A stretch of DNA of 64,000 nucleotides from Raillietiella orientalis (taxonomy: Eukaryota). Below are positions 13,800 through 25,011 of this stretch, piece after piece. The DNA is taken from positions 2,170,001 through 2,234,000 of the forward strand of contig JAYWIR010000022.1 in assembly GCA_036172245.1 (NCBI GenBank), in the 5' to 3' direction. The position numbers and the translations under genes are program-made. The notes under the pieces were generated by a model that was not told where the DNA came from, did no database searches, and was given only the letters and a program-made list of their open reading frames with translations. How positions within the stretch are numbered: position 1 is the first letter of the stretch; every line of letters begins with the position of its first letter.

Positions 13800-15250
13800 G
13801 GTTCACGACTGTGTGTCAACGGCGCACCCGGCTGCGCCTGTGTTCGCCATGGCAACCGCTACGGTTGCGACGGTCGTGGAATCCCCGTCACGCGAGGCAC
13901 CATCACGTCCGACGACGAGTTTTTTTTTTCTTTCTTTCTTTTCTTTTTTACTAGTTGTCACTTCCGCTGACCCCGACCCATCGGCTGCAGTGCAGGAGTC
14001 GTTAGCAGTCGCGGCCGCCGGCTGTCCTAGTTCCCGACGCTTCCGCACGTCTTCTCTGAGCGCTGCACGCACCCTCCCGCCGAGTGCGCTTTGCTTGCTG
14101 GAGGGGACTTCCGACTCCCGTCGGTCTCCTCCTCCTGCCTTGGCTCTCACAAACAAGCAAAGGCGGTCCCTCTCCAGCCCTCCTCCAGAGCGGAGGGTGC
14201 ATCCCGCCCGCGGGTTCCTTGCCTCCCGGGAAAAACCTCAAGGCAGCCTCCTCCTCTTGGTTCCGGAACGGTCTCGGGATGAGCGCGCGGGAGTGGCAGC
14301 GGCGCGGTCGTCCGCAGATTGGCCTGCAAGTACTCCCCTCTCCCTGGTGGCGTCGCCTAAAGTCCTCGTGCAGGAAAGTGGCGAGAGGGCTCCTCGTACC
14401 AGCCTCCGCCCCAGACGGCAGCACCAGCATCGGCGGCGCGCGGAATCACCGGATCTCTCCCCCCCCTTGTCTTCCTTGTCTGACCCTTTTCCATCTCCTT
14501 CCAGCAGAAGTCGTTTCCACCACCACCTCGCCGGGACCGAGTGCAGAGCGCAGGGTCGGTCGGAGTTCCGAGATGAACCCGCGCGACGCGGGGAAGAAGG
14601 CTCCTTTCCCCTCCTTTCTCCGGAACATCCTGGAGTCTTGGCTCCTGCAGACAAAATCCTGGAACCCCCGACAAAGGGGGGGTTCGTCCGTTCCCTGAAA
14701 CGATCGGAAACGGGCTCCGAAGAGCGGAGCCTCTTCGGGAACGGCGGACAGTGCAGCGCTGGAGGGTCTCCAAGGTCCAGGAAGGGCATGACTGCTGTGG
14801 ACTGGGATGCGTAGTCTCCACGGAGGTCAGGCGGCATCGGGAACGCCAGCTGCTCTCCAGTGGAGTAGAAGATGACTCGCCCGCCCTCGATTGGCTGACT
14901 GCCGAACCGGGAGGGAGGCAGCTGCCACTGAGCTCTGTTGAAGGGGAAGAAGCTGGGCGGGCGACCTGACAAAGGACCACTCAGGGTGAGCTCTCTAGTC
15001 AGGCCCCAGTCCCCATTCCTCTCCGGAAGAAGAGGAGCAGGGTTACCAGGACCGACCGAGTCACCGAAGGGGCAATGGGGCCCGATCACTGAAGGCAGGA
15101 CTATCTGGACGCAGGGGAAGTAGTGGAGTGTAGCCGACCACCCCGCACGACCCGCCATCGGACGCCGCCGCAGCAGACCAAGGGACGTCGGGAGGAACCT
15201 CGGGCTGGTGTCCTGGAACTGGGAAGGAGAGCGCGCTTTTTATTAGGGAG
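13800..15250 (-). mobile_element. Tx1-like ORF1 relic
   Basis: TLHYFPCVQIVLPSVIGPHCPFGDSV...GLTRELTLSGPLSGRPPSFF fits the Tx1-like ORF1 pattern (VxxLP...FGxV...GxR..L...PSF). It is followed by a low-complexity basic tail (KKEKKERKKK). Confidence 0.42.
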
Positions 15251-17475
15251 TAACCCGCGTTCAAGCGCGCCGCCGCCGGAGCCACTTCTTAGCGGAGAGT
15301 GAGGCTAGCACACACGCCCGGAGGGAGGGGGCCAACCGGAATATCGGAGAAGGATGCGAATGACCCCGGGCACAACTGATCTTGGGGGTAAGTCCGGCGC
15401 AACGAGGAGGACGAGGATGGCGATGGCGCTCTCTCTCGATGCTGGCACCGCACCATTACCAGGGGGCCAGCGTGCATCCGTGGGCAGAGGGAATCCTAGC
15501 TCCAAGAAGAGTAGGAGGAGGAGCAGAAAGGGAGCGTCCCGAATCTCTTGCGGGGTCCGAACAGCGGCGCGCTCGTACCGCGGGTGGGCTGAGCAGTGGG
15601 GTGCTCCCCGTACCCCGAGTGCCTTCCAGGAACGCAGAGGCCGTGAATCAGACGGGGAACGCGCAGCAGACCCCAGGCACGCTCTACGCAACGGTTGGCA
15701 GGGTAAAGGAAGGGATGGCTCCAGTACGAAAGGGCAACTCCCATCTCTTCCCCTTCCTCCCTCCCCCGGACGGTGGGCAGTCGCAGAAGAGCCCGGGTAG
15801 CCGCCAGGCGCCTCCTCGATTTCACCACCGCCCTCTCCTCTTTGCTCCTTTCGCTCGCCACCCCTCCTCTCTGGCCCACTTTGGGCCACCCGGAAAGGGC
15901 AGTTGGGAGAGGTGGCATAGGCACTCCACGCCCTGCCACGAGCGTCGTCCCTCGAACTCCTGCCAGATCTGAGCGTCGATTCGGCGCTCAGATCTGACCG
16001 GCACGACCCCACGAGCCAGCCTCTAGTCCCCTTCCCGCTCCCCGGTTCGCTCGGAGGCCAGTCTTCTCGCCCTCCCGTGGCCGCCGTGGAAACGGCGCTG
16101 AGGAGGCGCAGTCACGTTTCCTCGCACGATGGAGCTCACCAGGAAAGTTCCTGAAGACCCGGGACAAGCAGGTCGACCTCCGCGGGGGACGATGCCGCAT
16201 GTCCACTTTCTTCGTCCTCGAAGACCCCTTCGGAAGCGCCTCCGGCAAAACCGTTCCCCTCCGATAGGGAAACGGAAACTGGTCGGCCTCCATCCTTTCC
16301 CAAGGAACGCCTCGGGGCAGCGGACGTGTGATCCCACCTGCTGGGGAGCGCGGGCACCTCCCTCCCTCGAAGGCGAGGGTGCAGACGAAGGCGCGGTCTT
16401 GAACTCGCCGCCGTCGGTGGGTGCAGGGAGGGCGAGAGAGCTTACTCCCTCCCTGAGGGGGTCAGGGAAGCCTCTTCTCGTCCGCTACCCTTCTGCCCGA
16501 GGACTCCTCCTCCTCCGCTCCGGACCGTTCCAGGCTATCTCAGGAGGACCCACGGGTGATGGCGGCGCTCCCTCCTCTCCCCTCTTGCCCTCCCTCACCT
16601 TTCCACCCTCCGTCCTTCCAGTTTCCCGGAGGTCTCTGGCGACCTCCTGCGCTCCGCGCTGCCGGATCGGATGCTCTGCTGACCGCTGTCTCCAGGAAAC
16701 GAGTGGGAGGAAGCGCCTTCTTTACAGTTGGGCCGGGGCCCCTGCAGACGCTGCCCCCGCCAGCCCCGCCCATCGCAACTTCGCCTACAAGCTCTTCTGA
16801 AGCAGCCGTATGGGCCACGGCATCTTCGCCCGCCGCCAGCTCCTTGCAGCGGAGGCGGGGAAGGAAAGGAGGAATTCAGCCCCATCCTCTCCTCTCCCTC
16901 CGGAGTCCGAGCGGTGACAGCGCGAGGCACTACCCCTCCCGAGGTTCGCCGTGCAGCCGGACGACCCCGCGCGCTTCGGGAGCGGGGCACCTCCTTCGAG
17001 AGTGCTGTAGCCGCCTGGTGGCTCCGTACCCCCTCCGCCGAGAGGGAGGTCAGTCGGCCGTTTGCGCGCACCACTAAAGAGCAGGGGCCCGTAACCGGCG
17101 GCGGCCCCCACGGGGTCGCTGGATGGCGGCTGGCCGGTCCGCGGATGCAACTCGCAGCCTCTCGCCGCGGCCAGGGACAGCCCGGAGCAGGGTCCTCTGC
17201 CCGCGGCCTGGGACGGGCGGCGCTGCAGCCCCGTTCGGGACGCGGTCCGCCTCCTCCCCCAAGCGGTGTTCCTGTCTGCCGAGGCCCACAGTTCCGCCCG
17301 CATCCGCCGGGCCGCCTGCCTCGCAGCAGCCCCTCTCGCCGGCTGGCGAGAGGCCGGCGCGTCCTCTCCCGGGAGGTGGGGGGAAGGGCGGAGGAGGAGG
17401 GAATGGGTGGAGAAGGGGGCGGGGAAGAGGGCACCCCCCGAAGAGGCGGCGGTGCAGGGAGGTTGCTTCCTCAGA

Positions 17476-17511
<36 letters not shown>
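17476..17511 (+). repeat. (GGC)12 microsatellite
   Basis: Twelve perfect GGC units. Confidence 0.95.
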
Positions 17512-17514
<3 letters not shown>

Positions 17515-17829
17515 GTTCCCAAGGTCACTCGGGCGTCGCCCCTGCGAAGGCGGCGGCGGAAGAGCGCGCGGGGCCTCGGAAGCCGCGAAGGGAGGCCCCG
17601 CATGCGCGCGCGCGTGCGCGGCGGCGGCCGAGGCGTCGCACCGCCTCCCGACGGCCCCTCCCTCCTTCCTGTGGTCCGCCCGCGGATAACGACGAGGAGG
17701 AGGAGGGGGGGCAGCAGCGAGCCGGAAAGCGATCGCCGCATTCTGATGACGAGGAGCCTCACCACCCGTCCCCTTCCCCGAACACGCCTGCCTTCCGGGA
17801 GGGGGGGGGGGGTGCGGCCCTCCCCCAAC

Positions 17830-18200
17830 GGCGTAGGTTACCAGGCCGTACCCATCCTCCTCGCGGGTGCGGAGCGCAGGCGCACGGTGGCGTCGCTGCC
17901 GAGGTCCAACGCGCGGCACTCCACAAGGGTTGGTCGGTGGCACAGGATCCGGGAAAGGAGCCAGGCACGCTCCAGAGGATGGATGTTGGGGGGGGCGACC
18001 GCAGCTTACAGGGTTCCTTACGAAGCGTAGGCTCAACCGAGTCTCGACGAACGGAGCAGGGCAGGGACGAACGTTTGTTCCTCCGTCGCCTCCGGGAAGG
18101 GATGCAGGCCAGGGAGAATCCTCCCAATGCGCAGAAGGGGACTCAGCTGCGCCACCCGCGGTCGTGATTCAGCCACGGACTCCGCCATCTGAAGGGCGGC
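17830..18200 (-). mobile_element. Small LINE ORF2 relic
   Basis: SILWS followed by LRTREEDGYGLV (LPxEEGGLG-like). Confidence 0.3.
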
Positions 18201-18989
18201 CGGCGCGGACGACCGCGGGGGGTTCACGCAGAGGGCGCTTCTGCGTCAACAGAGGAGGAAAGGAGCCGGACCGCAGCCTGGGCCCTCCCGGACCTTCGAC
18301 CCCCGGAATTTCCCTCTCCCAGCGGTGGGAACGGTGGGCGTGGTGGCCGCGCCGCCGCCATCTTCTGGTCGCCGGCCTCCCGCTGCGGAAGGAGCGGACG
18401 CCTCCGCCTGTGTCGCGGCTCTGCCCTCTTTCGAAGGATTTGAATGGTCCAGGGAGGGTCGCCCTCCTTTTGCGATCTCCCTTGGCCGTTTCCTGCGAGT
18501 ATGAGCGGAGCAGCCGGCATCGGAGGTTGCTGCTGCCGAGGGGTCAGGCAAGCAGCACCCAATCCCTGGAGGGATTTCGACATCCTAAAGGGACTTGTAG
18601 GCCTTCCATGGGCAACGGGCATCTCGGCCCCATTTTAAGGGAAAGGAAACGGCCGCAGTTGATCTTCGAAAGAGTTTCTTTTTTTTGGTGGGGGGAGGGG
18701 CAGCTACCGGTGGACTTGCGGTCTTCCCTGCAGCCTGGAGGCGTCCTGGACGTCGGCATTAGCCGAGAGACTGAGAGGATGCCGTCCCTCAGTCTCCGGG
18801 GGTGCGGTGCTCCCTCCATCCCTCCTTCCGGGGGTGCAGCGTCGGTTTCGAGCCCCCACACAGGATGACGGCGGTTGGCTGAGGGTGCAGCCGGAAACCG
18901 GATGTTGGGACCTCTCCACGACCACACCAGCCTCGGGCGCCCTGCAAACATAAAAGGGGGAAAGAGGAGATGAGGGGTGTGGGGGAGGG

Positions 18990-19956
18990 GCAAGCAACGT
19001 GTAGAGTTTTGCTCGCCCCTCCCAGCGGTGCTGGATACTCCAGCGGTCCAGAGTTACTTTGAAAGCAACCGAGATATGGAGACGGCAGCAATACTTACAT
19101 CATTCCAGGGTGCTCCGTTACATCCGAAGAATGTCTGGCAGCTTCACCCATAAGACCCGCGAAGTGTGGAAAAGCCACAACGACTTTGCGTGGTCCAGGG
19201 TAACTAAGAGAGTCGACAAATAGTCGAAGAGTACGACACCAGTGCCCTCCAAGAAGCCGCCTACCGCCACGCCATCAGTGAATTTAATCCACTAGCGATT
19301 GGAACGGTGCTCTGGAGGAGTGATCTGCCACCGGACACTCAGGATAACCTCCTAATGTTTTGCCATGAAAGCATCCTGAGTGGAATGAAACTATTCACGG
19401 GAAGAAGAGAAGAAGAAATCTGCAGAGCATGTGTGGCATCGATACAAGACTTCACGTTTTGATCTGTCCCACAATGCAAACAGAGTGGCATACCCTGAAA
19501 AGGGTTATTGGGCTGCCCAACACCTCAACCATGGCGATCTTGGCAGGAATGTTCCAAGGAAATGGAACTGTTCCCTGCTATAATCCCATGGTAAGAGGCA
19601 CCATCGCCCTCTTCATCACCGTCATCCTTGTGCGGTGGTGGAAGATGAAGACCACCAGGAATGCCATATCTCCAATGGAAATCCTGAAAGGACTGATCCA
19701 GAAGGAGAGCGGCATCAGAAATTGCGGAAGCGTCCAGGACTGGAAGTACCGACACATCCTGAGAAGGATTGAAGGCAGCATCTAGGCTCAAACGACGCCC
19801 AGGTAATCAAGTGCAGTGAACTTTTCAGAGACCCAAAGAAGTAGACTTCAAGTGAACAATAGTGAAGTGCAGTTCTTGTAAAATTTGTATGAATGAGATT
19901 GAAGTGTGAATGCAAAAAGTAAAATAAATTCACCTCATCCCTTGTGGGACTTGGGG
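18990..19956 (+). mobile_element. 3' portion of a second L1/Tx1-like LINE family (zf-RVT) with its 3' UTR
   Basis: VLWRSDLPPDTQDNLLMFCHESILSGMKLFTGRREEEICRAC/GIDTRLHVLICPTMQTEW matches the zf-RVT pattern (W..LPP...C-x2-C...H...C). There is a 2-nt frameshift at TGTGTGGC (~19430), a stop at 19783-19785 and AATAAA at 19923-19928. Confidence 0.8.
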
Positions 19957-19989
19957 AAAATAGAGTTTTGCCCTTTGGCTACCGCGACT

Positions 19990-21420
19990 CAGCCAGCGAC
20001 CACTGACGAGGAGAGAAGAGAGCATCTCCCTGGAAATCCTGTCAGGTCAGGGCATCTCGGGGGGGAAGGAAGTGACGTGGCTGTCTCCAAGCTCGCCCTT
20101 GGGACTCCTCCGGAAGATCCGTCCCTGAATCTCTGACCACTCCCCCTTCCTACTCGGCCGCAAGGTCACTACCTTCATCTGACCCCTTTCTTCTCCTCCC
20201 CCAGACGAATCGCCGCAGGATCCATCCTGGAGCCGGAGCCATAGGACTCGGCGTCGTTCTCCTGGAGAACATCAGGAACCCTGAGCGGACCCCGAGGACT
20301 GCGTGGAGGATGGACGACGGAAGACCACAGCCGAGGGGATCCTGGAGAGGAGCCGTCGACCTACTCGGCACAGGCCGCTGCCCATCCGGAAGCGCAGAGG
20401 CAGAGCCCTAGGGTGTGCGCAGTCATCTCTGCTTGCCCGTTTCACAAATGATGGGGCACGCCCAGTGATGTTGGGAGCCCTGATTCGTCGTGGCTCCTCT
20501 CCGCGTGAATAAGTGGCCTCTGATGATGTTGGGAGCCCTGATTCGTCGTGGCTTCTCTTCCGACTTTTCTTTTCGTTGTTTTCCACCTCTTTTTCGGTCT
20601 TTTTTTGATTAGTCAGCTGCTCGTAAAGCGTTGCCTCACCCCGTGGAAACATCGGAGAGTCTCGGCGCCGCCGTCGCCATATGAAGGTTCACAGAGCTCT
20701 CCTTCCGCCACCACTCCCAAGAGGTGCTCTCGAAGCGGGAAAGAGGACGCCAAAGGTCTACCCTCAGTTCCGGGCTGCGGGCATCCGGCCGATCACGGAC
20801 GCGGGCAGTCTCCTGCCAATGAGCACCCAAGGCCTGGAGCCAACTCAACTTCATCATGCGGGGACTGCGGAACCCGCGACGCCTCCAACTGAACATCGAC
20901 CCTTCACACGGGCGACATTCGGACCCACAAGGACGCCGGCACAGCCTCTCCACCGCTTGTACTGTCAGGATGTCCTCTCTGTTTTGTCCTCCACCTGAGG
21001 CGTTGGCATGAAGAACCCCCCAAGACGATCGGTGGCCATTCCTGCCCCTCTCTTAAATCTCCCTGGAGTAGCGTGTCTGAGAGCGCCCCCTCCTCCCCCC
21101 CTCCCAAGAGCTCCACCCATGCTTAGGGTCATCTTACGATTCCGAGAAAAACGGTGCTGGAGCCACGCCCTCCTATCGGGAACCCAGGAACCAGTCGCTG
21201 GCACGCTGGGCAGCCGGGATGTCCTTCAGGAACTGGAAATTCCGAGGTTGAATGCAGACTGATGGCATCGCCCAGCATCCAGGCCTGCATGCTCGAGTCT
21301 CCAGGGAGAGATCGCAGGTCTCCATCTCCCCGAGCAACGCCGGAACACAAACGAACAGGCTGGGCCCCAGCCTCGACAAGTCCCCGAGCTCAACAGACGC
21401 GCGCTTTCGTCTTTGAGCCA
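19990..21420 (-). mobile_element. ORF1 relic from a putative start codon
   Basis: AAAAAAATGGCT start near 21420 (MAQRRKRASVEL), then VPASLWV and a frameshifted H/LAGDCP knuckle (~20800-20830). Loosely homologous to 51.6-53.4 kb. Confidence 0.38.
20466..20553 (+). repeat. 30-bp perfect direct repeat with 28-bp spacer
   Basis: TGATGTTGGGAGCCCTGATTCGTCGTGGCT at 20466-20495 and 20524-20553. Confidence 0.92.
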
Positions 21421-21899
21421 TTTTTTTTGGTCCGGGAACGAGCATCCTTTGGCTGGTGAATTCCCGAGGGAAGAGGCGTCTCCTGTGCCAGTGCCTTCTC
21501 GTCGCTGGACGGAATACTCCCAAACTGAACAGAGGGATCAACCTTCCCCGGAACAGGAGGCAACATATGGGCGAGCCATGAGAAAGCCACTAGGAGAACG
21601 CCACGAGGAAGAAGGAACAGGAACGGGAGTCCCCGATCAACCGCCGCCATTACTGAGTGGTGGTCATGGGTGGCGGGAGAGATGGGTCAAGGACCGCTGC
21701 TCCGGCGGCAGGGCCAACGGTGACTCAGAGACTCTCCGACGAGGAATGGGAAGGACGCGCACGCAGGACGCGTGGCTGCAGTGGCCTCCACGCGCGGCAC
21801 CGATCGTCGCGGGTTGGAACCCCGCCCGGAGAAGGAAGGGTCGGCGCCGAGCAGAGGTGGGTGCGTCGTGGGGTCTGTGAGTCCTTTTCCGCAGGATGA

Positions 21900-22400
21900 T
21901 GACGCCTGTTGGTTTGAAGGCTTTGCGTGTGGAGCTGGCAGAAGCCGGATGTCCTGTTCACAGGCTGGGATTGGAAGTGGACAGTGAACCCCCCGTGGTC
22001 CTTCCTGGGATTAAGGGGCTTCTTGAGGTTCCCCTCTGGTTGTGAAAAGGGAGCCCTACGATGGAGCTGGTTGATACCACCCTCGGAGGGTTGGTTGCCT
22101 CTCCAGAGTGTCAGGAAGGGATAGAGCGACCCTTCAGAGAAATCGGGGAAGTTCTCTTCAGTAGAGGAAATCAGGAGCGGATCTCTTCCGGAAGTCCCTC
22201 CGGAGAGAACAAGGAAGAGGTGGTGGAGGCAACCAGGGCGAGGGTTCCCTCCCAAGCGTGGGAGCAACGAAGCCCTTCATCCGGAGCCCCTTCCTGGATT
22301 CATAGGGTGGTCCTCCCTCCTTCCCCAAGGCACCCTCCAACTTGAAGAGTGAGCGTACGCACCCTCGGGTGGCCTATAACGGTTCGTGAAAGAGCTTCGT
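21900..22400 (-). repeat. Dispersed copy of the ORF1-tail repeat (homologous to 45.56-46.15 kb)
   Basis: Shared DNA blocks ATGGAGCTGGTTGA, CCCTTCAGAGAAATC, GTCCCTCCGGAGAGAA, GGTTCCCTCCCAAGCGTG, TGGATTCATAGGGTGG and AACTTGAAGAGT. Confidence 0.8.
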
Positions 22401-22549
22401 GAGCCCCCCTGAGGGAGCGAGCGGTTCTTCAGCACACGGCGAGCCAAAACAAACCCGAAAAGGAAAAGCCGGAAGGAAAGCAGCAAAAACAGAAGAACCC
22501 GGAAGAATTTCCATCACCATCCAGTCCCTTTCCATCATGCCCTCTGACC

Positions 22550-23100
22550 CCTTTGGGATCGCCTCGCAACGATCCTAGGTGTCTCGGCGGGCAGCCCCGG
22601 GACGTTTGTGGACACCTCTTCGCAGGCGATGCCGCAGTGCCGCCACCAGGCTCGTCCCTCGCAGTCCTCGGCTGCCTCCGCGGGATAGCGGTGGCCTGGA
22701 ACGCCAGAACAAGAGGGCCGAAATGGCAGGGACGCCATCCACTGGCCGCTGATCTATCTGAGGACCTCCTCGAAATGGTCCACGTCGTAGAGGCACGGAA
22801 AGAAATTGCCGGCATCTTGAACAGGACGCAGAGGACGCCGGGCAGTGCACTGAGATCACTTCCTCGGTTCCTCTCCCCGTGTGAAAATTCCCCTCCCCTG
22901 TTCTGTGTGTGTGTGTATGTGTTTTTTTTTTGTTTTTGTTTCCCCTTCCCTTGCGCTGCCGGAGCGGATCTCGCCGGTTTGAGCTCCGCGCTCTTCAACA
23001 GGTTCGCCGCACGTTGTGGAACCACGCCACGCCGGTTCGACCGCGCCAATGGATTTTTACTGTTTTATGTGGCAAATGTCCCGGCATGACCAAGTGATAA
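22550..23100 (+). mobile_element. Short 3' fragment of the same LINE family
   Basis: RDVCGHLFAGDA...LGCLRGIAVAWNARTRG...KEIAGILNRTQR aligns with the 40.2, 56.8 and 60.2 kb copies. It ends in AAATGTCCCGGCATGACCAAGTGA (23074-23097). Confidence 0.68.
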
Positions 23101-24540
23101 TCATTCAGCCCAGCAACTCGTGGAGTCCTCTCCAGCGACGAAGAAAGGTCGCTCGAAGCGGATTATCGAGCGGGAAGCACCTGGGGATTGCCAGCCGAGT
23201 CTGGCTGATACAGCACTGTTACCGTGGAAGCCAAAGGAAAAAAAAAGAAACTTCCCCGGTGCCGAGCGGGAGGACTGCGAGCTGGAACCACGGATGGCGA
23301 GCCGAGAAGATAGATGGAGGAGTTTCCGTGCCACATCCCGAAAGGATTCCGTGCGGGTCACCTGCTGGAATGGGACCTGCTTCCAGGGTGCTCTTCAGAG
23401 GGCAGCAGGATGTGCCTTCCATCCACGCAAGCACGGTCTCTTGGGTGACCTTCCGCAGTTGCTGCAGCAAAGAACTGCCATCGGGTTCCTGCTCCTGACG
23501 CCATCACAAGGAAAGAGCACCTTGTCCCAGTTTTCCTCCCAGAAAGCATCCCTTTTTTTTTTTTTTTGTGACAAAGAAAGGGCTTTGTAAGTTCGTGCAT
23601 CCCATCAGGGAGACGTGGGCTTGCGCCTGAGTGCTTCCTTGCTGGCCATCATCGTTTCCTCTTGTTGGAATCTTCTTGAAGAAGGAGAAGCTACCAATAA
23701 GCTCTTTTCTTGCATCATCTCTTGGAGTGCTGCTGGTGCTCTCTGGGGATGAATTTCAGCTCTGCAGTGCCTTCTTGTCTGCGGAGGTCTCTTTCACTCT
23801 TTCACGTCTCTTTCGCTTTCCTGACTTGACAGATCCGAACCAGACGATCAAGAGAAAAGCATCGTTATCGTTCCTCGAGTCCGCGGCCTTCAGAGCAATC
23901 TTGCCGAAGAGAGGATGCTGTCTGCTCCGTTGCGTCGATCGGCACGATCGAGGACGTCCGTAGATGCATCGACTGCCGGACGGGGGTCACTTAGCGGGGG
24001 CCATCACAGTTCCCATTCAAGGATTCTCCTCCTTTGTCATACGGGAATCTTCATCAGACTTCGGGGAGGAAGGTCACACGAGATCTGTCCTCGCCCTCCC
24101 GTTGTCCACCCTAGGCCGAACTTCCTCTGCACGCGTTGAACGCTGGAGCTCACCAGATGGAACGGAAGGAACAGTCTTTGCAGCCGAGCGGCCATGTGTG
24201 AGCTACCAGGGCACCATAAGGTTCACCAGGAGCAAGAGCGCAGACGTTGAGTGCTCTACTCCTCCCAGGTGGATGCACACACCAGCGAGCGCGCCAGTAG
24301 CGTCCCGGAGATCTCGAAGCAGCTCTCGAACTCTCAGTGAGATCTGATGTCTCTTGAGCGTTTCGTCACATCTCCACGATCTGGAAACGTGTGATCAGCA
24401 AAGTTTTTTTCCTGGTAAGAGCAGGTTCCAACCAGACCCACTGGGGGTTTGGCACTATATTTTTGTTGATGGAAAGCTTCAGCATCCGGAAAATGTTCAA
24501 CTTCATCCTCCAGCTTCCCATGGTGTCTTTCGTGCTCGCT
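23100..24540 (-). mobile_element. Possible LINE ORF2 endonuclease-RT linker relic
   Basis: Weak motifs GSWRMKLNIF (GxWKLN-like), GSFSFFKKI and LQQLRKVTQE...LKSTLEAGP. Heavily decayed. Confidence 0.33.
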
Positions 24541-25011
24541 AATGCGAAAAGCCTTTACACGTGACTTCCTACTTTTTTGGAACTGGACTGGGTTGTACAG
24601 AATGCACGATTGCGTTGGGTATGCATACCTTAATCTCCGAACCGCCCTGGTTCAGTTCTGCAGAGAAACTGCCAATAGTAATGTTTTTATTATTGCAAGA
24701 ATGTTATACTTTCCCAAGAAATGCGTATAGAAAGCTTCTCAAGGCTGCTGTCCTTAGCGAAACGTCAGCTTTCAACTTTCGAGCCTACGTGATGCAGCAT
24801 CTTGGGAGCTCGGTCTGCATGTACAGGGCTCTTATACAGTAGGTAGGAACCTTGAGGGTTAGGAGGAATCACGAAAGAGATAAGGTGAGTGCATGCACGT
24901 GTTTCGGGAATATTAGTGCTTTATCGAGAAACATTGATTGGAGTTGTCGATCTGGTTCTTTTTGTGGTAAAGTGATCATCGCAATCTACTTTAATTTCAC
25001 AGTTCGTTTCT

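Noticed and set aside
16728..18167. 479-aa ORF and overlapping long ORFs
   Set aside because: Arg/Gly/Pro-rich low-complexity translation of very GC-rich DNA containing a GGC microsatellite. Open in several frames on both strands, with no domain.
20466..20553. CRISPR-like repeat-spacer-repeat
   Set aside because: Only two repeats, no cas genes, and a eukaryotic context with spliceosomal introns.
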